A DNA stretch of 64,000 nt. It comes from Podarcis tiliguerta. Its lineage: Eukaryota. Below, in pieces: positions 28,631-40,152 of this stretch. The DNA lies in assembly GCA_965153285.1 (NCBI GenBank), contig OZ229111.1, one strand, 5' to 3'. The position numbers were made by a program, and so were the translations under genes. A model generated the notes under the pieces. It worked only from the letters and a program-made list of their open reading frames with translations, was not told the origin of the DNA and ran no database searches. Every line of letters starts with the position of its first letter. The first letter of the stretch is position 1.

Positions 28631-29336
28631 TATCTGTAGTCCAGAACTGAAGGACAACACTTTTTGCTTAAAGTTGTGGAGGACAATGGGAGCTGGTATT
28701 CTAAGGTGCTGGCTGAGGGACTTAGGAGACCCAGGGTCATTGGCTAGAGCTGTCAACCTTGCTTGCATGTTGGGGATGCAGGGGCCTTAAAGAGAAGAGA
28801 ACCATTGACTCTGCAAAGGACTTTGGGTCCAAGTTGAAAGGAGTTGCATAGGACTATTGCCTGATTAAAAAACAAGAAACACCGAGTCAATTAAACAAGT
28901 TTTAGTCCATTAATTAGTTAATTAATCAATTAAGTTTGCATAGAAGTAAAGAAAATAGTTTCAGAAGGAAAATGGGTCTTTGTTTGTAAATAACATACCC
29001 ATGTATCATAGCAGGCATCATCTTAGAAGAATCATTCCCTCCTGTGCGTGAGAGAAAAGGGGGGAGTGCCCCTTTAAGATGATGCTTGCCACCTGCAGTT
29101 TTTAATAAGTATTTGTATCTTTAGAAAATATCTGCCTGATTAACTGTGACCCTTTTTAAGTAAATGTTTTAAACTCATAAATTTAAGTAATTAATTGATG
29201 GAACATTGCTGCCCTAGTGAAGATTGTGACAAAAAGGCTTAGCTAAGAGGGCAGAGCCAGCCTGAATGACCATGTTGTAGCCAAGACAATTCATGCCTTT
29301 CCCCCTTCCTTGACTCTCCTCCCTACAATGCGCCAG

Positions 29337-29465
29337 GTTCACCGGGAATTCAGCAAATGCCTGCGACACGCATCCTGTTGCCTACGGAGTCCGCCAGGGG
29401 CCACACTGGGCTCCCTCAAGACCTCAGCCATCCGCAGCAACAACCGTTACTACACTGGGACACAG
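29337..29465 (+). CDS. ADGRL1: ADGRL1 exon, helix 8 and proximal C-tail
   Basis: cag|GTTCAC...ACAG|gtacca, 129 nt. Encodes [43 protein letters not shown]. Confidence 0.95.
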
Positions 29466-29602
29466 GTACCATTGGGCAGACTGGGCTGGGGGGGTGCTGT
29501 TACTGGTCTGGAGAACAGGAGAGGCTGGGGCATATTCTTAGGCCACAATACCCCTGGGGGTCTAGTTGCCCTACTGAATCCAGAGTGGGACTGTCTTTTC
29601 AG

Positions 29603-29699
29603 AGCCGAATCCGGAGAATGTGGAATGATACTGTAAGGAAGCAAACTGAGTCCAGCTTTATGGCAGGTGATCTCAACAGCACTCCCACCCTTAATCGAG
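29603..29699 (+). CDS. ADGRL1: ADGRL1 exon, C-tail
   Basis: cag|AGCCGA...CGAG|gtgagc, 97 nt. Encodes [32 protein letters not shown]. Confidence 0.96.
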
Positions 29700-29846
29700 G
29701 TGAGCAGTCACTCTGTATTTTCCATCACTTCCTGCAACTCCTTTGTGAGCCAGAGGGCAGGCCTGTACCCACACACCTGACTAAGAGCTTCCTGCCCCAC
29801 CCTTAAAGCTGCTCCCCGGCCCCACTCCCTACAACCAAGCAGATGA

Positions 29847-30254
<408 letters not shown>

Positions 30255-30474
30255 TGATGCCCCAGACTGAATTAGGGTTCCATTTGCACACACAAATACA
30301 GAGCTCCACATTTTCCTTATTGAAAATGAGGGGTGGGGTAGGTAGAAAGCAGAAAAGATACCTGAGATTTCTGCTTTTGAGTCTGGTGAAAAAGTAATTC
30401 CTCAAGCCTGGGCGCTGGGAGGAATGGGTCAGGAGAAGTGGCAGTGGAGGAGCTCCTCCTTTATTCTCCCGGTG

Positions 30475-30620
30475 CATAAGAGCCTGCCTTGTACCGAGAC
30501 AGACCATTGGTCCCTCTTGCTCAGTATTATCTACACTGATTGGCTGTGGCTCCCCAGAGTCCCAGCCGTACCTAGAGATGCCAGGGAGCAAACAGCTGGT
30601 GCTGTGCCACTGAGCTATGG
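30475..30620 (-). mobile_element. Degenerate tRNA-derived SINE in an ADGRL1 C-tail intron
   Basis: cataagagcctgccttgtaccgagacagaccattggtcc...cagtattatctacactgattggc...tagagatgccaggg matches the 47950/61165 family. Confidence 0.6.
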
Positions 30621-30728
30621 CCACAGGGAGGATTTGGGCCATATCTTATTTTGCATTACTGGCCCCAGCCACCTGGATAACCCTCTTTCTCTCTTTTCTC
30701 TTCCTCTCCCAACTGTTGCTGCCTGCAG

Positions 30729-30746
30729 GGAGCTTCCGAGAGTCCA
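30729..30746 (+). CDS. ADGRL1: ADGRL1 18-nt microexon (GSFRES), C-tail
   Basis: tgcctgcag|GGAGCTTCCGAGAGTCCA|gtacgt, phase 1-1. Matches mammalian GSYREP(K) as I recall it. A long pyrimidine tract and several TGC motifs lie upstream. Confidence 0.88.
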
Positions 30747-32481
30747 GTACGTCCCTCCTTTCCAGTTCCATTTCGCAGTAATGTTTCCTTCATTGCTAGT
30801 TTGACTGGCAGGCTGGGGGTGGGTGCAGCACAGACGTGAGCCAAGTAGCGGGTGTGTAGGGAGAATAGGAAGGAGTGCTGGCTTTTTGGAGGGAACTCCT
30901 CCCTTACTCATGTTCCCATTTCTCGGAGGGTGGTGGTGCAGCATGGTTTGCGCAATTCTGGCTGTGGGCACTAGATGGAGCTAAATGCATCCGCAGAGCT
31001 CAGCGATACCCAACCTTCCCATCCCTGCATGCTGGGTTGAAACCATGGGCCCGTTAACCTAGTGTGCACCCCGTGCTCTAATGGGCTGACTGTACCGTCT
31101 CTGACAAATGGTCCCTCCAGCCCCAGAGGCCACCTTTGCTGGGGGGAGACCGCAGGCTTCTTCCATCGGCAGATCAGATAACTTGCGTGCTCCGTGTTAT
31201 GCATGTGGCTGTGTGCGGCTCAGCAGCCATGCCAACATGGCTATTCCCTCTCACGTCACCTTAGAGGTTATGCCTTAGTTGCACTCTTGCTATCTTACTC
31301 AACAAACCACATTCCTCTTTCCCACACGAGTATCAGTACTTTCACACATGCATACCTAACTCACATGTAGTTGAATCCTGCGCTTATTTCCACAGTAGAC
31401 AATAAAAAAGAGAAGTGAACTGCAATCTGATGCTTGTTGAAAAAAACAGATTAAATTTAACAGAAGACTATCCCAAAGATTATCAACAAATACATCTTAT
31501 TCAAGGACAATAGTTCTATATGTTCTTTTTAAAACAAACAAACCCCAAACCGAAGCCACATCTTACCATGTGCATCAGAGTCCTCCTATGCTTCCTATGT
31601 AGAAAGGAGCAGTGTCTGGTTAACCCTGTGCTGACAAGAAGAGGAGAAGGAAGATAAGGGGCTGCTGGTGCTGCGGCACTAGCAGCCCTGCCCCATTCTG
31701 GCTGGCTGTGCTATCCTGCTGGCAAAGGCAAATGCTAGAATTCTGTATATATCTGTGGCACCTTCATCTGCTCCCTGGAGAAGAGCTAAAGCTTGAAGAG
31801 CAGCTCGGTTAGTGGCCAATTGCTGGGAGCCTGTCTTCTTGATCTGAACTGGGCCCTGGTGGCCTCCCTTCCCTGGGATTCCGAAAAAAGGAATGAAGGG
31901 GATTTCTGATGCACCTGGGCATTGCCTTGTTACTGTTATTATTTCATTTTTATTAGATTTCTATACTGCCCTTCATCAGAGAATGAGGATGGGGTGGTTT
32001 ACAAGATAAAAACACAAAAATACATAACATAGTAGCAAACCGAAACAATAGCTCATCCCACAGTTGTTATTATTTGTGTGAATCAATTAGAGAGTACCTT
32101 GTCAATATAGGAACTCTCAGAGAAGCCTTACTTGCTTGAAATGTGCACTGACCCTTTCAATTCAGTTAAATAAATTACCCAGTCATGCAGCCTCAGCTTC
32201 AGGTTCATCTCTCTTAGCTTCTACCTCCATTTTTGTTGCTGCCATCATTTCCTATACACACAAGCCAGTTCTCCCTGTGTAAAAACCCTACATATTTCTT
32301 ACGCACACTTCTTATCCGCTTTCTTCCTCGGCACACACACATACCACTTGAACGGACCGTCTGCCCAAGTGGAACTTAGTTCCCAAGTGATGGCTTCTGC
32401 TCTGTGGCCTAAACATTAGTTGCTCATGACCTCCCTCCTGCCTCCTCCCGCTAATACCCATATATGTGCCCACCTTTACAG

Positions 32482-33260
32482 AGCACCCCCTGAACAACAG
32501 CCGAGACGCCTGTGGCATGGACACCCTCCCGCTCAATGGCAACTTCAATAACAGCTACTCCCTCCGCAGTGGCGACTTCCCGACCGATGGCACCAAGATG
32601 GCCGACTGCCGACGCAACCTGAGTGACGCCGCCGCCTTTGAAAAAATGATCATCTCCGAGTTGGTGCATAACAACTTGAGAGGGGGAGGCAGTGGCGTGG
32701 TCAAGGGGGGCGGGGGTTCTGCCGAGACCTCCAACCCCCCTGGGCCCCCTCCCCCTCCTAACGTAGTTGCAGGGGGAGGGGGTACCAACAATGAGGATGA
32801 CGCCATTGTGCCTGACGCCCCTTCCTTGACCCATGAGGAGAACATGGAAATTGAACTCATGTATAAGGCCTTAGAGGAGCCGCTCTTGCTTCAGAGGGCA
32901 CAGTCCATCCTCTACCAGAGTGACCTGGAGGAATCGGAGAGCTGCACAGCTGACCTGACAGAGGGGGGCGATGGCCAAGCCCCTTCCCCCAACAGGGACT
33001 CTTTATACACCAGTATGACCAACCTGAGGGACTCCCCATACCCGGACAGCAGCCCTGAGGCAGTTGGGGAAGTGCTTCCTCATGCCCAAGCCATCAATGA
33101 AATCTACTATACCAATCGGCCAGCCTTGGTGCCGCGCAACCAGCTCCAGGCCTACTACCAAGTCCGGAGACCCAGCAATGATGGCTACTTGGTCCCAGGA
33201 AGCTTAGAAAACCCAGCAGTGGAGGGAGATGGCCAAATGCAGCTGGTGACCAGTCTCTGA
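32482..33260 (+). CDS. ADGRL1: ADGRL1 last coding exon, latrophilin C-terminal region ending in the PDZ-binding motif VTSL
   Basis: cag|AGCACC...; encodes [32 protein letters not shown]...[19 protein letters not shown]...[22 protein letters not shown]...GQMQLVTSL*, with TGA at 33258-33260. Confidence 0.98.
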
Positions 33261-33563
33261 GGGGCTGAGAAGGGACTGAGGGACCATAACACCCCCCAAA
33301 AAACCCCCCAATGCGGCACTGTTGCCGTGACCTGAACATTTTAATTTTTTCCTGGAAGAAAGGGTGGGGAAGAAGAGAATGGCACAGGGCTGGGGAATGA
33401 ATGGAGGAGAGAAGGTGGAAGAAAGAGCTGAGTGAGGCAGAGGGCTTCTCCGAGGAGAAGGGAGGGGCAGCCATTTTGTCCGTCTTTCCTTCCATCCAAT
33501 TAGATTTCCAGACAGAAAGTGGACGTGGCCTATCTGGTTATGTCCGTTTTCCTTCTCCAGGCA

Positions 33564-33569
33564 AATAAA
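33564..33569 (+). terminator. Candidate proximal polyadenylation signal
   Basis: AATAAA about 300 nt after the stop codon. No clear downstream GU-rich element. Confidence 0.25.
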
Positions 33570-36500
33570 TGCAGTGGAGGAAAGAGAGCTGAATCTAGGC
33601 AAAAGGATCAGACTTATTTTGACAATACCTTCTAGACAATTGGGGGGGGGGTGAACCAAGAAATTAGGGTGGGAAAGTTAAAAAGCTGACATAATAATAT
33701 TTTTTTTTAATGTTACGAAAATCAAAGCCATGAGGGTTCCACATGCAGAGACTGGGGCACCTGGGGAAATGCCCTGCCCTGCGCCCTGGCTCAGAGCCTG
33801 CGCCCCACCCCTCGCCTCCCATAGCTTAAGAGTATGAGGGACAAACAGGGCCATGTGGCACTCGGCCTAGTCGGGGTTTAGATTCAACCGTTGCCAAAAA
33901 AGAGAGACAAAAGACAGAGAAAGGTATGAGGGTGGGGGGAGAGGAAGGAGCTGTTCAGGTAACGCTATGCTGAGAACCTGCCTTCCAGTATTTGTTGGCT
34001 GTCACAGTTTATCAACAGGGTTTGCATCAAGTTCTTCAGCTCTTTCCGATTGGCAGGAAAGCTTTGCTTTGATTCTTTCCTCTCTCTCTTTTTTATTTTT
34101 TTAAATTAAAGCCCACATAGGAATGTTTGAAATGCACCATTGCTTCTGGGGAAGGAGGAAGTAGCACTGAGGTGTGGCTGTCCTTAGATTTTTTTTTTCA
34201 TTTGTATGGCCACACATGGTGGCCTTTCCCCCTCCTAGTTGCTTTAGGGCCACCGAGCCTGACGTAAAATTGCACAATAAGTAAGAGATGATGAGGGGTG
34301 GGGTGGTGGTAGCGGAGGGGGCATTTCTTCCCGTTTCACTCAGTTCCACCAGTCGCCCCCACGGCCTGCTAAGTTCCAGCTCCAGACATTTAGAAAGTGA
34401 TGCAAGACTGCTCTCACCTTCCTTCTGTTTCATTCCTGCCCACGAAGACGCAAACGTCAGGAGTATCCTGCAATGCAAATATGGCTGCCGTCAGAACACA
34501 TTTGGGACTACATGGGAGAAAGTAGGAGTGTTGAACTCTCCCCCGCCCCCCAGACTGGATGGATTGTCCTTCAGAAAAATGACAAACAGAACAAACAAAC
34601 AAAAACAGCAACAAAAACACTAACCCAGACTGCACTTTTTTTCCACCCAAAGGAAAAAGAAATAGCAAATCTCCCTCTTCAAGCACAACTCCGACTTTTC
34701 TCACCAACTCTCGGCCTGGGAGAGTTGGGGAAGCAACCAGTCTCACCTAGAGGCACCATATTTCCGGGGCGGGCGGCGGGCGGGGTCCAAATGGGTTGGG
34801 AAGCGGGGGATGTGATACCAATTGAAATGCTGTAAATATGAAAACCTAAAAACAAATCAGAGAATTGATTTACTCACTTGAAAAAAGGAAAAACAAACCA
34901 AGGAACTTTTCTGTCTGGGTTTTAAATATATCTATATCTATATAATATATATAGATATATGGTACTCAGCTCTGCTCTGGCCCCATGTGTGGTATGGGAG
35001 CATGGAAGGGAAAATGGGGGGCAAAAATCCCTTCTTTGACAAAGACAACTGGGGGAAACCCGCCGAGAGCAGATTTTTACAATCAAAAAAGAGGGAAAAA
35101 AACATTTTGGCACAATTTTTATGTAATATATAACATATACTGCGTCATTTCTGTGACCTTGAAGCATTTCCCCTTTCCTGCCGGATGAGGTACCTTTTTC
35201 ATACATCTCCACATGAAGTTGGTTATTTTCTCATTAACTGCCACTTTGGAATTGTGGGTGGGGGAAAAAACACTTTTACTGCAAGACCCAAAGATGCTGT
35301 AATGCTGTAGGTTACAGAAAAATCCTTCGCTTTTAAGAATTTTAAGAGGGGACAGAGTAGTTTCATTTCATCATCATCATCATTTTTAAGCAGCCACGTC
35401 TTACCTATTTAGAAATTTCCAGGCTAGATGTCACGTTATATCAAAAAGGGAAATGGTGTGTGGTTTTGCCACTTGGAGCCTTGAAATGTTTGTTCTCTTG
35501 CTTTTATTTTATTTTAATTATTATTTTTGCATCTTTTGTCCTCTCCCAGTTAATGGAATTGCTAAGAGACTTGGTCAAAAGCAGAAGGCGAGGGTTTGGC
35601 ATTCTTAGAAGTGTACCTTCCTTGGAATAGGCAAGGGCTTCCTTTCTCTGTGCCATATTGTGGCAGGAAAGAAGAGCCATCGTCACTCCTTGCTGCCTGC
35701 TTACATCTCTTGCCCCAGTGCCACAAGCTAAGACCCAAGGAGCCAATATTAAATTGCCCTGTACAGTGGCAGCACAATCAATCAAGTCCTCCTTTTCCAT
35801 CAGGAGACAGCACTAACCCTGATGACAGTGAGCTTTCTTCTTTCTTTCAGTTTCTTGCTCCGTGTTCGCCTGCGTTATCATTGTGCTAGGCCTGTTCATA
35901 TGGTCGCTTCCCCTAGCAACTGCATGTTTGCAGCATCCAAGAATGCCCCGTGATCATGTTTGGTAAAGAGAAGCTTGTCGTGTGCCCATATTGATATTTC
36001 CTGCAAAGAACCCAGTTAAAGGCTGGCCACAAAGAAAGAGAAGAAGGTAACCCTAAAACCCAATACAGCTGTAGCTCACAAAGCTTGATCTGACATCATT
36101 TAGATCTAGGGACATGGCATATAATAGGCACAGACTTTTTCACCTAGAGTCATCTCCCCCTCCACCCAACCTAATGTAATTATACTTGATTCAGAGATAG
36201 GGGCTAATGGTTTTCAGAAGCATTTTGTTTTATATCCGAGTCATACTTTCAAAGGGCACAGGGAATTGGGTTGTGGGGCTTTTGACGCCCTTGTTGCTGT
36301 TTCCACAGGTTTGGGTTGTAGTCTTCATTAGGATCTTATTGCATGAAAGTTGGAAGGTTAGTGTGAGAATCCTGACAAATCCATGTTGGCTCAAACTCCT
36401 TCCTGCCGCTCTTTCGATCTTGGTCCAGAACCAACTTGCTCACTCTCTTAGATGGACACCTTACCCTTGTGAGGACAAGGCCCCACTCCCATTTACCTGA

Positions 36501-39500
36501 TTCTATCACCAAACCATGGTTCTGATCAATCCTCTCCCCAATACCAAATGGCCTTATTCACCCCACTTGCATTTGCTGCATTGGCCCAAGGAAGGCCCTG
36601 TGTTCAGGAACTGCCTTGGCATAATCACCAAGAGGTACCTCCATTTGGAAACCTCACGTGGAAAACAAAAACAAAAAAACCAAAGACATATCTGCCCTCA
36701 TCCATCCTGTTGGAGCGAAGTGGTAGAGACTTGAGTCTCTAGCAGCCCAACCTCAAGGCTTTGCGCTTTCCAGCTTCATGTTAGCTATGAGTAGTCCACA
36801 CTGTACTTGAGATTTGGACTTTAATTGAAGTGAAAAGATTGACACAATTATGAAGTAATATCAGTGTTATGGCATGTTCTGTCCTGGCACAAGAGGAAGG
36901 GGGCGCTAACACTATTGAAGTAACCGCTGTAAGAATAGTCTTGGAAACCAGCCACTAGAATCTGCCCAGATGCTCCCAGGTGCTAGGTAGTGGCAGCCAG
37001 AATCCATATGCGTTGAAGGCGTGTTCATGCTAGTTGCACTTTGCCATTGCCCTGTTTCTTTTATTCCTGCTTATCTTGGTGCAAGGAAAAATCTTGGAGA
37101 GAGCTCTGTAGAGGCACACCCCTGTTTTAACTTGGACTACAGGTATAGGCCAAGAAGAGTCCTGCAGCCATTACTGCCACTGAGGAGAGAGGTATGCTCA
37201 CTTGTGTGTTAGTATGCAATAAGGCCAGCCCTAGATATGAGGGGGCCCTTGGCAGACCACCTTCTGGTGAGCCCCCCCCCCCAACTAGAGACCCCTTACA
37301 AGCTCACCCACTGGTAGTGGTGCCAGCAGAACTTCTGATCAGTGGTGCGTTGTCCCCAGCTGGAGAGCTCTGAGATCTGCCCCAAGGGATCCCAGCAGCT
37401 ATCCAAGGATGCTGTGTGTGGGTGCTGAGACTGTCCTCTTCTAAATGTGTGCTCCCTCACCTCTTGTCAATTATTGTTCACCGTTATCATACCCACCTCT
37501 GACAATAGAGTGTGCATCCAGAGAAAGTATAGCTGTCTAGCCCATACTTGAGAAGTAAAGCTACCACTGGGCTAGAAGGGGGCTGCCCCCTCCAGTTACA
37601 AAAATATATATTTTAAAAAATACCCTGACTGGGCTATAATTATTTTGAGATGTTATTTGTGCTCTTCACATACCTTCATGATTTCATAAAACTCTTTCTT
37701 CCCCTAACTCATCTTTTTGTTTCCTTTGTGGGGAAGATGCTCCAACCCTCTGGTTTTAGCTGCCCATTTTAACCTATTTTCAACAACTTCCCTTGTTAGA
37801 TGAGAGCTGCATATTGTATTCTACATATGGGTGTGCCATAGATATCAAGAATGCTGTAGCGCTAATTGCTGGTTTGTTTTTAATCCTTTTCCTAACATGG
37901 AATTTACCTTTCTTCTTTTTAACTCTCATGATATCCTTGCACTTTCCATTTTGACTCCGAAGATTACATTCTTGTGTCATTTGCTACTCCTTTAACCAGT
38001 TTTAGCGTTTTGGTGGGAACTGTAAGTTCCCCTCATATCCAACAGTGATAAAAACAGGCTTTTCTCAATTCACAACTTGAAGGAAATGCCCTATTAGCTT
38101 AGAGCAAGAATTCAGAAACTGTGACCCTCGTGATGTTATGGGACAGCCCACAGCCCATCCAAGACTTGGATGTTCTGTACATTTTTCTTTGGGTCTGCAT
38201 GGTGCAGATGCTCCAAGCGCCATCCAGCAGCACCCACTGCAGAGTCCAGATATTTTGAACCTAAGTGGCATTGTCATTCTAGGGTGGAATGGTGGGCAAG
38301 GAGGCATATGTCTGCTCTAGGCCTTGCACAGATTGACTTCTACTGAACTTTTGTACAGAATTCATCTTGTTTTATATCATTGAAGTCTCAATCTGTGGGT
38401 TACAGAAAGGAATGAAAGGTATCAAAAGTTTGAATGTGAAATCTGTAGGATAGTAGAAAAAACCTAGGAGGCATCACATTTATCGTGAAGCTTCAGGAGC
38501 CAACAGGTGCCACTCATTTTGTATGGCCAGAGGGGGCTCAAGCTTCCCCATGGGAGACCCTCCTCAGCTTCCTAAAGAAGTCCTGCTGACACCTCCAGCC
38601 ATCCTGGGCATAGCCAGAAGCCCTCTTTGCTTGCACCCCCATTAAGCTGAGGCACGTGGCCTGTCATTCTTTTTCTCTACCCATCCATCTAAGACTTATG
38701 CAAACCCATGAGCTCAACTCACTTTAGCAAAGTACTCCACTTGACTTCTCCAGAGTTACATATCCTTGGCCCAATGAGAGCAGTTGGGCAAGCTAGCTCA
38801 AGCTTACTCCCTCTTCAGCCTTCAAACCAGAATAGCATGGAGAGCCGGATAAAATCTAGGACAAGAATATGGCCCATGATTCCTGTGCCATGAAGCTAGT
38901 TGGGCAAATTAGCCTCTATGCCTCACTTAAGTAAACTGCACTCTGTTCATCTAGGCCATCTTTGTCTTCTCTATAATTGGCTGTCTACAAGCCAACATGA
39001 GGGGCATTTATGCATAAGCTAGTTCAGGACAGCACTACCTCTAGGGCAACATTTAAACTCCAAATCTGCTGCTCTAAATGCCACTCTGAGCTTAATCCTC
39101 TGAAGCAGTGGCAGACATGCCCTGCTCCCCCCTTGTTGGGGGAGTGAAAGACACTCCCTTCTTTGCCAGGAACTCTCTCAGGCTGCCTCCAAACTCCTCA
39201 AGCGTGGTTCTTTCGCAGAGTCCGTGAAAGGACAGATATTTCGCCTGAACTAGCAACCAGCAGAGCTCAGAAGCGGAGAATCACCCATCTTCCCCAAACT
39301 GCATGACCAAGGGGTGTGCTCCAATGCAATGAGGCCTCCCAGTTTGTGGGGAGTGAATTTTTGCATTGGGCTCCCTGCCAGCTAAGGGACTCCTTATACC
39401 AGCAGCTCCTTGCTTGGCACAGGCCTCCACAAGGCAGCCCTGTGCCCTAGATTGGGTCTCCCCACTTCCGTGGGCAGTGGTGGCCTTGAAGGGGTTGAAA

Positions 39501-40138
39501 CGACATCTGTAGGGCCTCCTAGTACCAACTGGTGGGCCCAGATGCCAATTATTTTCACTCAGTCATTCCAGTGAAGGAGCACCAATATGCCACGCCCAGC
39601 AAAGGTAGAGAGTGAGTGAGAAAGACTTGTGCTGGAACAGGAAGTGGATGCAAAAAGGGGAAGGGATGCCTAGTGGCGTAACGGGAAATGGCAGCCTGCT
39701 TTCCATAACTGCAGGCTGGTTCCCTGGTCAAGCCACACTGCCTCCTTGAAGCTGACCCTCCCTGCTCTCCCATCCTCATTCCCAGCTCCCTCCAGGTTTA
39801 GCAGTGAAGCTGTGCCTTTCGAATGGCAGCATGAAGGCCTGAGCCCAGGAACCCAGGGCCTGCTGGGAAGGTTTGCGATTCATTCTCTCCCTTGGCCCCT
39901 CAATGTCCCCCTCCTACAGGTTGGTGCTGATCCATTTCAATCTCCACACCGTTGCTTTTTGCCCACTTTGCCTCCCCCCCTCCTCTTTTCCATTTCTCTT
40001 GTCTTTCAGTCCCCTCCCCCTCCTTTCAACATGCCAAACCAATTTTGGGTCGAGTGCATTAAACAGAAAAAAAAATATAATAATGAAAATTTTAAAAATA
40101 TTTAAAAAAAATGGAAACTTGTTGAGTTACAAAAAAAA

Positions 40139-40152
40139 AATAAAACAATAAA
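40139..40152 (+). terminator. Tandem polyadenylation signals, candidate distal ADGRL1 poly(A) site
   Basis: AATAAAacAATAAA followed by aatttcttgg...gtagttgtgaatatttctttgtgg as a downstream GU/U-rich element. Confidence 0.55.

Noticed and set aside
30424-30804. 126-aa ORF and acceptor-like ctcag at 30525 in a C-tail intron
   Set aside because: It overlaps a degenerate SINE, reads the real microexon in the wrong frame, and has no phase-compatible donor.
32312-33659. Antisense ORFs over the last ADGRL1 exon and other exons
   Set aside because: These are shadow ORFs from codon bias, with no independent promoter or splice evidence.
34466-34520. Apparent similarity of LQCKYGCRQNTFGTTW to the ADGRL3 short tail QCQGYKCHGYSTTEW
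   Set aside because: That ADGRL3 peptide is a frameshifted reading of its canonical last exon, so the resemblance is coincidental. It was not used as evidence for the 34448 exon.
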